Assembly (NCBI RefSeq): GCF_006345805.1
Contig: NC_043018.1
Span: forward strand, 24,738,001 to 24,802,000
Length of the DNA: 64,000 bases
Reading direction: 5' to 3'
Origin: Octopus sinensis
Taxonomy: Eukaryota
The notes under the pieces are model-generated. The model saw nothing but the letters and a program-made list of their open reading frames with translations, was not told the origin of the DNA and made no database searches. The position numbers and the translations under genes are program-made. Within the stretch, counting starts at the first letter, position 1. Every line of letters starts with the position of its first letter. This document shows positions 51,912 to 64,000 of the stretch, in pieces.

Positions 51912-52409
51912 CTGCAAATAACAACAACAACAATAATAATTATTTCAAACTTTTGCACAAGGTCAGCTTGGGGGAGGTGGGGGATGAGTCGATTACACTG
52001 ACCCCCCCCCCCCAGTGTTTTGTATATTTTACCCCAGTGCCACTTTGATGGCATGCACTGATCTCTCACTCAATAATAATAATAATGATAATTTAAAATT
52101 TTGGCTCAGGGCCAGCAATATCGGAATGGGAGTAAATCGATTATATTGACTCTAGTGATTATTTTATTGACCCCGAAAAGATGAAATGTAAAAGTTGACC
52201 TTGATGGAATTGGAACTCAGAATGTGAAGATGATTGAAACACTGCTAAGCATTTTGCCTGGTATGCTGACGAATCTGGTCAGCTCACTGCCCTTGGCAAG
52301 TGCCATATTATTATTATTATTACTGAAAAATAAGACACTTGCTGGAGATGCAGCACAGTGGGACCGAATCAGAAATCACATAACCATACCTGCATCTATG
52401 TCATGCCTA

Positions 52410-52442
<33 letters not shown>

Positions 52443-54109
52443 TGTTGGTGGAGAGCTACTGTTACTTTTTTTTTTTACATACACTATAACTTGATTCAGA
52501 GAACAAAAGAGGCCAAAATGAAATGTTTCAGACTTTGAAACTAGTACTATATATATATATATGTATATACATATATATGACGAGCTCCTTTCAGTTTCCA
52601 TCTACCAAATCCACTCACAAAGCTTTGGCCGGCCTGAGGCAATAGGAGACACTTGCCCAAGGTGCCATGTAGTGGGACTGAACCTGGAACCATGTGGTTG
52701 GTAAGCAAGCTACTTACCACACAGCTGTGAATTTGCTAAGCTAAACCTTCCAAGGTGATGTTCCCACATGACTTTAGTTAAATGACTAAACAAAAAAATA
52801 AATAAATTAAAAAATTAACAGAATAAAAGTGAAAAAAAATCAAATAAAAACGAAAACTGTACTCAGTTTTCAAGGAAGCTGACAACTACAAACCAGGGAC
52901 TGAGCTGAAATGATGAGAGACAACGACAAAAATTCAGAAAGAATTAGTTTTCAACTACCCCAGAGATTCCACTGTCATAGCTCCCAGACAGAAGAAGGCT
53001 ATCTAGATAATCCTTAGTAGAGAAAGGCAGTCCCTTTTTTCATAATCACCAAACAGAAGAAAGCAATACAGCTATTCCTCACCAAAGAATATTGATTCCT
53101 TTATCATACTCTTCAGATATAGGAAGGCTATCCTGCTAGTCCTTGCCAAAAAAATTGATTCTGCTGTCATGGCCATCAGACAGATATTCCTTGCGAAAGA
53201 AATATGGCATTTCAGTCTTCATGATAGATGCAGCTGATAGATGAATCTATCCCACGTGTGAACCAACCAACTTCTTCTGGGTTGAGTCCTACTACATAGC
53301 ACCTTGGGCAAGTGTCTTCTACTATAGTCCAGGGCTGACCAAAGCTTTGTGAGTGGATTTGGTAGATGGAAACAGAAAGAATCCTGTTATATATATATGT
53401 ATTTATGTATTGTGTTTGTCCCCCTGCCATCGCTTGACAGCTGGTGTTGGTGTGTTTATGTTCTTGTAACTTAGCGGTTCGGCAAAAGAAATTGATAGAA
53501 TAAATACTAGGCTTTCAAAGAATAAGTCCTGGGGTTAATTTCTTTGACTAAAACCACCTCAAGGCAGTGCTCCAGCATGACCACTCACAGACACAAACAC
53601 ACTCAGAGCTCATTGTGTGTACTTGTCGCCCTCACATAAATTAATGACTAAGGAGACTAATTAGATATAATGTCACCTATTTAATGACTTTTTCTTATCA
53701 ATTAATTAATCTCGTCTTGATGACAGAAAGAGATATAGTTGACAGTTTCTTAGTTAATAATAGATCAACTCTCAGAACAATAAAACATAAACACAATCAA
53801 TACAACACACAATATTATATATCACATACACATTACACACACACAAGATATTATATCACATCAAAGTGGTGAGCTGGCAGAATTGTTAGTGTCTGGGCAA
53901 AATGCTAAACAGTATTTTTTCTGGCTTTATGATCTGAGTTCAAATTGTCAACGTTTTAATGTTCACTTTTTGATGCCCGCATGGGTTGGATGGAACCATG
54001 ACTTGTTTCCAAGTAAGATATCTCCCCATAACCAGAGATGCTTTTGTGGAAGATTGGGAATAGAAATGATGTTCGTTTTGCAATTATCAAATGATGACAA
54101 GACAAGGAG

Positions 54110-54147
<38 letters not shown>

Positions 54148-54217
54148 TATATATATATATATACACACAATAGTACCTCAGTTTGCAAACAACTCTGATC
54201 ATGAATAAATCGTGCTT

Positions 54218-54251
<34 letters not shown>

Positions 54252-54441
54252 TAAAGCATGAGTTATTCATGATCAGAGGTGTTCATAAACTGGGGTACTA
54301 CTCTGTGTGTGTGTATATGTATAGATATATATCCATATATAAATATATGTAGAAGGTTGAAAAGTAACACATGAGTTGATATGCATAAGCAAAATAAGAC
54401 AAGGTAGAAATTGCTAGAATAATTTTATCATGAAGAACATT

Positions 54442-54480
54442 TTAGTACCAGTTTCAGTCTTTGAGACTTTTTCAACTTAG
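54442..54480 (-). ncRNA. Minimal type-I hammerhead motif, U3-A8 covariant core
   Basis: CTAAG-TTGAAAA-AGTC[TCAAA]GACT-GAAAC-TG-GTA-CTAA. Confidence 0.55.
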
Positions 54481-54624
54481 AGTAAAACATGAAAAACAAT
54501 TAAATTGTGGAAACATTAAATGAAATGTATTTTTAAAGTATTTCCATAGTTTTCAGGTACTAAAATGTTCTTCATGATAAAATTATTTTACCATTTTCTA
54601 CTTAGTCTTAGTTTCCTTATATAC

Positions 54625-54656
<32 letters not shown>

Positions 54657-54843
54657 TCGGAGTGGTTGGTGTTAGGAAGGGCATCCAGCTGTAGAAACTC
54701 TGCCAAATCAAAATTAGAGACTGGTGCAGCCATCTGGTTTGCCAGCCCTCACTCAAAATTGTCCAACCCATGCTAGCATGGAAAGCAGATGTTAAACGAT
54801 GATGATGATGAATCCAAACAAGAAAACACAAGAAAGAAGGAAG

Positions 54844-54878
54844 ATTTAACGTTTCGAGCGGAGCTCTTCGTCAGAAAC
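54844..54878 (-). ncRNA. Minimal type-I hammerhead motif, canonical core
   Basis: GTTT-CTGACGA-A-GAGC[TCC]GCTC-GAAAC-GTT-AAAT. Confidence 0.6.
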
Positions 54879-55168
54879 ATGGGAAAAGAAAAGATCCAAG
54901 GAAGGGAAGACAGAGGAACAAAAATTGCTAATGATACACACGTGGTCACATCCATCCATCCATCCATACATACACACACACGATGGGTTTCTCTCAGTTT
55001 CTGTCTACCAAATCCACTCACACGTCTTTGGTTTGTCCAAGGCTATAGTAAAAGACATTTATTTGCCCAAGGTGCCATACAGCAGGACACTAAACCCAGA
55101 ACCATGTGGTTGGGAAGCAAACTTCTTTCCCCACAGCAGTGTATAAATTATATCTGTGTGTATATACC

Positions 55169-55199
<31 letters not shown>

Positions 55200-55666
55200 A
55201 TTATTTGAGGGAATAAAATTTGGCAATTTACTTAATCTTTGACATTTATTGTTATTTTAATTTTAATTTTTCTATTATATGTAATTTTCTAGATGGTGTA
55301 ATTTAATTGTTCATTTTGAATTGATAAAAGGTATTTTTTTTCTAATTTTATATATATATATATTAATAAATGAAATAAAACATATGCATATATATAAACA
55401 TATATGTACGTACCTACCTCTACATGTACATATACACGCATATATGAGTACAGGACACCAAAGGGACGTCGAACACAAAGAGAAACGAAAACATAGACAC
55501 AAACCAAAGGAACTGGACATTTTTTTAAAAACAACAAAAAAATGGAGTACAAGACAATTAACACAAAGAAAAAACCCCTTCTTCAGTCGTTATGGTTTCA
55601 TCATATATATATACACACCCACATATGTACAAATATTGATATACACACATATATACATGAACACAA

Positions 55667-55721
<55 letters not shown>

Positions 55722-56138
55722 TATATGAAGATTCACCTATCCACCAAGTCCGACACCAACCTCCATAACCACTGAACCACCAAACTTTATCACATGTGTT
55801 TATAATTTTACACAAGTCAATAACAAGAATATTTTTTATTCATTCTTCCTTTCTTTCTTTTGTTGTTGTTGCTGCTGTGAACACTGTTTTAATGTGGGAA
55901 TGTTGAGGAAGGGTTTCTTAAAAGAATGGTGACCGACATTGTGACTTTGTGTAGGTGTGAGGAGAGGATCCAAGCTTCATTGCACGCGACAAACTACTTC
56001 TTTACTGGGGCCAAAATCACATCAGTCTTTCCTATACGCTCTTCTACTCTTTCTTGTTTTGTGCATAATTTTATTGTCTCCTTTTCTGTGCCAGCTGTTT
56101 AGGGTCGGAACTACGACAACATTATCTATCTATCTATC

Positions 56139-56185
<47 letters not shown>

Positions 56186-56954
56186 CATTTATATTTTTTA
56201 GTTTTAGAGTTTTTATAAATTGCATAGAAAATGTTTCAAAATTTATGTTTTTGTTATTTTTATATTTCATTGACCTTCTCCAGCTTCCTGTCTTTGTTCT
56301 CTTCATCCTCATCATTGTCATCAGTTTTAGGTTACAATTTTAGGGGGCTGCATTTTAATATTATCATGGGTTGGTCTCACACACACATGTGCATGTACGG
56401 TGTGTGTATATATATATATATATATTAAGGTATGTAGAAAAATACAACATGGACAAGAACGTATAACTCATAGAAGACGATACAATAAACATGGACAGGA
56501 CATTCGAACCCCTCAGTCTTCAGTCAAGAACCGGATCATCGTAGTAATTTCGGCTATATATATATATATATACTCTTTTACTTGTTTCAGTCATTTGACT
56601 GCGGCCATGCTGGAGCACTGCCTTTAATCGAGCAACTCGCCCCCAGGACTTATTCTTTGTAAGCCCAGTACTTATTCTATCTGTCTCTTTGCCGAACCGC
56701 TAAGTGACGGGGACATAAACACACCAGCATTGGCTGTCAAGCAATGTTGGGGGGACAAACACAGACATACAAACACACACACACACACATATACGATGGG
56801 CTTCTTTCAGTTTCAGTCTACCAAATCCACTCACAAGGCTTTGGTCGGCCTGAGGCTATAGTAGAAGACACTTGCCCAAGGTTCCACGCAGTGGGACTGA
56901 ACCCGGAACCATGTGGTTGGTAAACAAGCTACTAACCACACAGCCACTCTTGCG

Positions 56955-57001
<47 letters not shown>

Positions 57002-57008
57002 CTCTCTC

Positions 57009-57166
57009 TCATGGCCAAAAGTAACAAGCATAAGAAAATTAGAATTTCTATATTAAATACCCAAAGTTATATTTAATTTGCTTTATATTATTACTGCTTA
57101 CTGTAAAATGGTGGATATAACAATTTCGATTTTCAAAACAATGTTCAAGACTTTTGGCCATGACTG
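57009..57166. mobile_element. Tc1-like MITE
   Basis: TCATGGCCAAAAGT at left, ACTTTTGGCCATGACTG|TA at right; resembles CAGTCATGGCCAAAAGT-type Tc1 TIRs. Confidence 0.6.
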
Positions 57167-58319
57167 TATGTGTGTTTGGGGTGTATCTATCCATACACTT
57201 ATATATAGGTTTGGTGGTGCAAATAGAAAAGGTAGAACTCGAAACACAAGTGTATATAAATATATTATATTATATTATGTTAATATTTAGCAGAGAAAAC
57301 AGAATGACTCATTCAAAGGCCAAGAGTGTTGTGTGTTAGCACTTTTGATTCCCAACCATTTGGTTCCAGGTTCAGTCCCAATAAAGGAAAAATATTTAAT
57401 GACCATTATTTAAGATCTTGTCTCATATACTCATCAATGTCATTTAACATCTGCCTTCCATGCAGGCATGGGTTGGACAGTTTGACCCCACGCTGGCAAA
57501 CCCAGGAGTAGCACCGAGTTCCAGTGTCCCTTTTGGCATGGTTTCTATGGCTTGATGCCCTTCCTAATGCCAACCACTTTACAGAATGTACTGGGTGTTT
57601 TTTATATGACACCAATGCTTTTTACGTGGCACCAGCACTTTTAAAGGGTCACTTTTAAAGGGTCACCACTTTTGGGTCTGCTGCAGGCAATGTATGTTTT
57701 TTTTTTGGAGGGGGGGGGGGTCCAGGTAGTGGCATACACCCTAGTTATGCTAGTGGGCACCACTGCTTTTTATGTGCCTAAAAAAATTTATAATTCAGTT
57801 TGTCTACATAATATAAAATCTCTGAACTCAAGTTTATTGAGTACTCTTATAAATGCCTGACCTAGAATACATTTCTTGATGTATCTTGAAAAATTATATA
57901 TACATACATACACACACACATATGTATCTCTCTCTTTTACTCATTTCAGTCATTTGACTGCGGCCATGCTGGAGCACCGCCTTTAATCGAGCAACTCGAC
58001 CCCGGGACTTATTCTATCGGTCTCTTTTGCCGAACCGCTAAGTGACGGGGACATAAACACACCAGCATCGGTTGTCAAGCAATGCTAGGGGGACAAACAC
58101 AGACACACAAACACAGACACACACATATATATATATATATATACATATATACGACGGGCTTCTTCCAGTTTCCGCCTACCAAATCCACTCACAAGGCTTT
58201 GGTCAGCCCGGGGCTATAGTAGAAGACACTTGCCCAAGGTGCCACGCGGTGGAACTGAACCCGGAACCATGTGGTTGGTAAACAAGCTACTTACCACACA
58301 GCCACCCCTGCATGCATGC

Positions 58320-58358
<39 letters not shown>

Positions 58359-61261
58359 TATATACAAGCATACATACACATATACATGATAAATACATAA
58401 ACACACCAGATACGACACAGATTAACCAAATTTGTGCATGTATGCAAATATAACAACTTCAGTGCATAAATATCCACATTGACACTTACATTATATACAC
58501 AAACACACATATACACACATATATATATACCCATGAGAAGGATTAAACCAATATATATCTGTATACAAATTATATGAGTGTATATGCAACTCGCATAACA
58601 TATATACCCATACATACACGTATGTGTATATTGCATGTATGTATGAATGTAAACATGCATACACATATTCTATGCAACTCATGTATACGCATATAAAACA
58701 TGCACATATACACACGTGAAGGTTCGGCCCGGGACATGTATGTGTGCAAATGTACGCTCACAGACACACATACACACAATCATATATATATACAATACAC
58801 TATTTTGTACATTAACACACACACACACACAACCACACACACACACGCATATATGCATACACATATGCATACATACTTGTAATGTGTATTTATATAGACA
58901 CACAAAGGGGATTAAAGCTGTAAGAGTTTGACAAAATAATAATTAGAATCTGACAGACTTGGTGTTTGGTTTAGTGTCAAGTGAATTTAGTTTGCTATCG
59001 GAACACATCGAGGGGGGGGGGGGCATTCTACTACTATTACTACTACACCACCACTACCATTACTGCAGCAGTTAGTACCCCCCAGTGCAACCACTGCTGT
59101 CACCACCACCACCACCACTGCCAAAACCATCATAACTACTACTAACTACTAACACCACCACCACCACTGCTGCTGCTGCTAGTACCCCACCACTACCACA
59201 ACCACTCCTTACTGATACCATCTCCAGTGCTCCATCAATCGGATCACTGGAACACTCTCATCGCCATAACCAACGGAGTGCCATCCATCCATCCATCCAT
59301 CACTTAACACACATACATAACTACCTATTTCTTTACTACCCACAAGGGGCTAAACACAGAGGAGACAAACAAGGACAGACACAGGTATTAAGTTGATTAC
59401 ATCGACCCCAGTGCGTAACTGGTACTTAATTTATCGACCCCGAAAGGATGAAAGGCAGAGTTGACCTCGGCGGAATTTGAACTCACAACGTAACGGCAGA
59501 CGAAATACCGCTAAGGATTTCGCCCGGTGTGCTAACGATTCTGCCAGCTCGCAGCATACATAACTACCTGCCTTTTTACTTACCCACCCACCAATCGACC
59601 TACCCATCTATTGACCTACTCACCTACCTTCCTATCTATCTGGTGGGAGTAGAGATGACCGTCATAGTAGTGGTGGTGATGTTGATGGTGGTGTTAGTAG
59701 TAGTAGTAGTAGTAGCAGAAGTAGTGATGTTGTTGGTGGTAGTGGTGATAAATTACAACAACAAAAAATTATTTAAAACAAGAATTAGCAACAGATGGTT
59801 GTGGACAAAGATGGCAAAACAAGAAAGAAAGAAACAAAGCAAATGGATGAAATGAAATGAATGAATGAGAGAAAGAGAGGCTGATAGGGGGATAAGAGAG
59901 GATATGAGGGGAAAAGAAAAAAGAAAGAAAAAAGGAGGGAAAACAGAAAGGAGAGGAAGGAGGAAAGAAAGAGAAGGAAAGAAAGGAGGAAGGAAGTAAG
60001 GAAGAAAAAAGAAAGGCATGAAGGAAAGAAAGAAGGAAAGATGTTGCTGTTTCTGTGAAAATACTCCCGGAAATGAACCATTTCTCTAAGTTGGCAGGAA
60101 AGAATTTCAGATTCAAAGAATTTTTGTTTAGCTTCAAGAATGTTCCTTTGGTTGTTTATCGTTCTAACATTTACAAGAAAAAAACAAAAGCAAAAAATAA
60201 CAAAACCCGGCTGCAGCATCAATGGCAACAACAATAACAGCAACAACAACAGCCATTGTTTCAAGGCCAGACATGTTTTGTTAGAAGTGATTCGGGTCAT
60301 TACAAGTTATTGCACTGAATCCAGTCCTCGGCTGCCCTCACCCCTTGCAAAATGCTCAACTTTGAATGTAAGGAAATGTAAGATATCACAAAACATTTTA
60401 TCCAATGATGGTTAGCGTGTTGCCCTCCTGATTGCAAGATTGTGGGTTCAATTCTTGACCTGAGTAGTGCATTGTGTTCTTGAGCAAAACCTTCCATTTC
60501 ATGTTGCTCTACAATTACTCTGACATCTGACACATGATAGCTACCAGCGTCGCCTTACTGGCACCTGTGTTGGTGGCACATGAAAAACAACACACATGAG
60601 CGAGGTCATTGCCAGTGCCGCTGGAGTGGCTCCTGTGCAGGTGGCATGTAAAAGCACCCACTACACTCTTGGAGTGGTTGGCGTTAGGAAGGGCATCCAG
60701 CTGTAGAAACTCTGCCAGATCAGATTGGAGCTTGGTGCAGCCATTTGGCTCACCGGTCCTCAGTCAAACCGCCCAACCCATGCCAGCATGGAAAGCGGAC
60801 ATATGTTGAGTATATGCTCACACACACATATATCCATGAACACATGAGATATACGAGTCAGGAGGCGAGCTGGCAGAATCATTAGTATGCCGGATGAAAT
60901 GCTTAGCAGTATTCCATCTGCTGTTATGTTCTGAGTTCAAATTCTGCCGAGGTTGACTTTGCCTTTCATCCCTTTGGGTTTGATTAAATAAGTACCAGTT
61001 ATGCACTGGAGTTGTTGTAATTGGCTTAATCCCTTTGTCTGTCCTTGTTTGTCCCCTCTATGTTTATGGGCAATGAAGAAATATATATATCATCATCATC
61101 ATCATTTAACGTCCGCTTTCCATGCTAGCATGGGTTGGACGGTTCAACTGGGGTCTGGGGAGCCCGAAAGCTGCACCAGTCCAGTCAGATCTGGCAGTGT
61201 TTCTACAGCTGGATGCCCTTCCTAATGCCAACCACTCCGAGAGTGTAGTGGGTGATTTTAT

Positions 61262-61450
61262 GTGCCACCGACACAGGTGCCAGACGAGGCTGGCAAACGG
61301 CCATGCTCGGATGGTGTTTTTTATGTGCCACCGACACAGGTGCCAGACGAGGCTGGCAGACGGCCACGCTCGGATGGTGTTTTTTATGTGCCACCGACAC
61401 AGGTGCCAGACGAGGCTGGCAAACGGCCACGATCGGATGGTGTTTGTTAC
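61262..61450. repeat. Three tandem 63-bp units inside a family C SINE
   Basis: Units start at 61262, 61325 and 61388 and are nearly identical. Confidence 0.9.
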
Positions 61451-62891
61451 GTGCCCACAGCACGGAGGCCAGTCGATGCGGTACTGGCTACGGCCACGTT
61501 CGGATGGTTTTCTTGTGTGCCACGTGCCACCGGCACTGGTACCACAAAGATACAGATTCCATTGATGTTCATCTATTTTGATTTGTTTTGATTTTGATTT
61601 TTTGATTTTCACTTATATATATATATATATATGAGTCAGGAGTAGAATCATTACATGTATGTATAACCTGCTGCAAGAAATAGCAGCTAAAATTTCTCTC
61701 AATTTAGTCTGCGATCTTAAAAAAAAAAAGAGAGAGAAACCAAGACATATCGGAAAATGTAGTGTTGGATGAGCTATGTCACAGTTGGAATGCTCGTGAT
61801 CACAGGTCTGCTGGTGGCTTGCAGTTGACCTGGGACTAAACAGCAGCAACAACAAGAGCAACATTTGATAGGAACAGTAAATTTGAAAACAGATACTAAG
61901 TCTCTCAGAGCTGAATGTGGAATAGGAGAGTCTCCCCTGGGGGAGGGGAGAGAGAGAGAGCGAGAGAGAAGATAGAGGATAGGTGGGTGGGTGGGGAAAC
62001 TAGAATTTGGCTAACTTTATGTTAACATGTGTGGCATAGTTTTATTATTGGTGGTGGCGATGGTGATGTTTTAAATCATTCTGCTTACAGGAAACTGTAT
62101 ATTCAACACCCTCAAGCCAACTTTCCACCCTTTTACCATACTTTGCACCTCCCCCACTAACTTTGTCTGCTTGCCTGCCTGTCTGTCTGTCTGGTTTCTT
62201 TACAATCTATATCACTGCCACCACCACCGCCACCACTACCACTACCACAGAATAGTGTTCCCACTTGTAGCACTGCTATAGCCACTCACACCACCTACAC
62301 CATCACCACCAGTACAACCACATCATCTCACCACCATTTACCATCGTGCCTCCCCCCATATTAAAACCGAACCCAACAACCCCTTAAACACTGCCACCGC
62401 CACAACAAATAACACTGTCACAAATGCTTACATCAGAAACACCACCACTAACACTTCCATAAACACTTATGCTACCTATTTCTTTACTACCCACAAGGGG
62501 TTAAACACAGAGGGGACAAACAAGGACAGACAAACGGATTAAGTCGATTACATCGACCGCAGTGTGTAACTAGTATTTAATTTATCGACCCTGAAAGGAT
62601 GAAAGGCAAAGTCGACCTCGGCGGAATTTGAACTCAGAACGCAGCGGCAGACGAAATACCGCTAAGCATTTCGCCCGGCGTGCTAACGATTCTGCCAACT
62701 CACTGCCAACCTTATGCTACCAGCCACCACTGTTCCCCACCTCCATCACTAGCACCACTACCTCCATCTCCACTACCACCACCACCACCACCACTTTTTC
62801 ACTGGCCTGACCATGATCTAGTAAGTGCCATACTTTCTCTTTCAGACATATCAACAACATCAATGTAGAAGATTCTAGTCTGGTACAGGAA

Positions 62892-63142
62892 ATGAAAAAA
62901 CCACACAATGCCTGTAGCTGCAGCTGGCAACCACTGAGACTCAAGACATTGCAAGGTATCTTGTGTTTAGGTCTAGGGAAGATCTGGAAGCATCTGGTGG
63001 GGATGTGTAATCTGTAGTTGAGAGAAAGGAATATTCTCTGTGGTCAGTCAGTGTTAGGATGACCAAATTCATCCAGCAGGTGCAGGACCTTGTCATTGAT
63101 AACACCAAGGGGTTAATGAGGGCCATTGCTGAGCAATATTAG
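62892..63142 (+). pseudogene. Tc1/mariner-superfamily transposase N-terminal remnant
   Basis: QDIARYL..EDLEASGGDV*SVVERKEYS...VRMTKFIQQVQDLVIDNTKGLMRAIA resembles the mariner-like HTH region. Stops and frameshifts. Confidence 0.65.
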
Positions 63143-63466
63143 TTTTTGGTATCTATACTACCCCTGTCACTAATATATATATATATTTTAACAAGATAAC
63201 TAACTAATTGTGACACCAGCTTCCGGGTCCATATGACCAAGAAGTCAATGTGGGAGTTTCTCTCAGGCTATCTCCTGCAGTATAGTTTGTTCTAACAGAA
63301 CATCCATGTTTGAGTGGGGATAAATATTACCTCTTAGTTTTAATACTCTCGCTTTTGCACCCTCATTGAGGGCGAGTCCATTATCTAACATGAGATGTAT
63401 GATATCGGTTACCAGTTATTCCTACATAAAGAGAGAGTAGTTCCTGTTCAGAAAGACGCATGAGAT

Positions 63467-63767
63467 CAGTGGTGTAGCTAGAGTGTGTGCCACCTGGAGC
63501 GGCCCTTCAGTTTGCTACCCCTAGACCCCACCACAAAAAATACATATTGCACAGTGACTATATTAGACCCCCACCACAAAAAATACATATTGCACAGTGA
63601 CTATTTTGATTGTTGCATTTAATGGTGTATAGTGTCCGTATCCTGACATTAAAACCATTATCATTTGATTTCAATAGAGCTTGTACAGGCTTATAGCCTA
63701 CAGCAGACCCCCATAAAAATGCAGCCCGAAGTGGACTGCCCCTCCACCCCCTCTAGCTATCCTAGTG
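63467..63767. mobile_element. hAT-type MITE, 301 bp
   Basis: 8-bp TSD CATGAGAT (63459-63466 and 63768-63775). TIR CAGTGGTGTAGCTAGAG versus CACTAGGATAGCTAGAG (13/17). Internal ~40-bp tandem duplication. Confidence 0.85.
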
Positions 63768-64000
63768 CATGAGATTCATGTGATCGGGTTGAGGAGTTTA
63801 CTGAGCAGCCTCAAGCTCAGTGAGAAACCCATGGGGTTTCAAACAACAACCCAACAAAACTGGCTTGGCAAGAAAGTGGGGTTTTGTTGGACAGCCTGCA
63901 GAATGAAAAACCAAACCTGACAAAGAATGGATGAATTCCTAGCAGAGATGTTAAATGATCATCTAACAAGCTGAGAATGAAAGGCCCAGCACCTCTGTTT

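Noticed and set aside
56495-56555. CTGAAGA-containing motifs in Penelope-like repeats (also ~55580 and ~15557)
   Set aside because: No properly placed stem II plus GAAA and no stem I pairing, so not called as hammerheads.
59769-60300. Long ORFs 59785-60300 and 59769-60137
   Set aside because: Driven by (GAAA)n and (CAA)n low-complexity sequence with no domain motifs.
61252-61612. Regular direct repeats resembling a CRISPR array, and repetitive ORFs
   Set aside because: The units are contiguous 63-bp tandem copies with no unique spacers, inside a SINE, in eukaryotic DNA.
51912-64000. Search for the upstream NT5C2 exons (ETYLLACLVDFF, LNTLFNLP, DMDYTL). Candidates examined: 55735-55769, ~60010-60050, ~62090
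   Set aside because: None gave convincing similarity with compatible phase or strand. The 5' exons are assumed to lie beyond 64000.

Overview
This is eukaryotic, very repeat-rich DNA. The SINE families, Penelope-type terminal repeats and dense (TA)n/(TG)n/(AAT)n tracts look like Octopus (coleoid cephalopod); the taxon is inferred. One host gene is well supported: a cytosolic purine 5'-nucleotidase (NT5C2/cN-II orthologue) on the minus strand. Eleven GT-AG coding exons (51911 down to 29160) splice into one frame of about 389 aa, equal to human residues ~180 to the end; the 5' exons lie beyond the window. Mobile DNA includes a full-length 6.1-kb Helitron (2850-8972) whose RepHel ORF is broken only by 1-2 nt deletions, and its 373-bp non-autonomous partner inside an NT5C2 intron. 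There is also a 5'-truncated RTE LINE with a 12-bp TSD, other LINE tails (RTE, RTE-X-like, RLE-type), hAT/mariner/Tc1/piggyBac-type MITEs, dozens of SINEs and several minisatellites. The least explained signals are: four minimal type-I hammerhead-ribozyme motifs (two fused to long inverted repeats, one with a U3-A8 core covariation); a 74-bp-arm hairpin near the NT5C2 3' end; an inverted SINE pair in an NT5C2 intron; Lys (AAG) codons at conserved Arg positions of NT5C2 that A-to-I editing could restore; and a copy of an NT5C2 intron segment lying inside an inverted-repeat-bounded element 29 kb away. No CRISPR, rRNA or true tRNA gene was seen.
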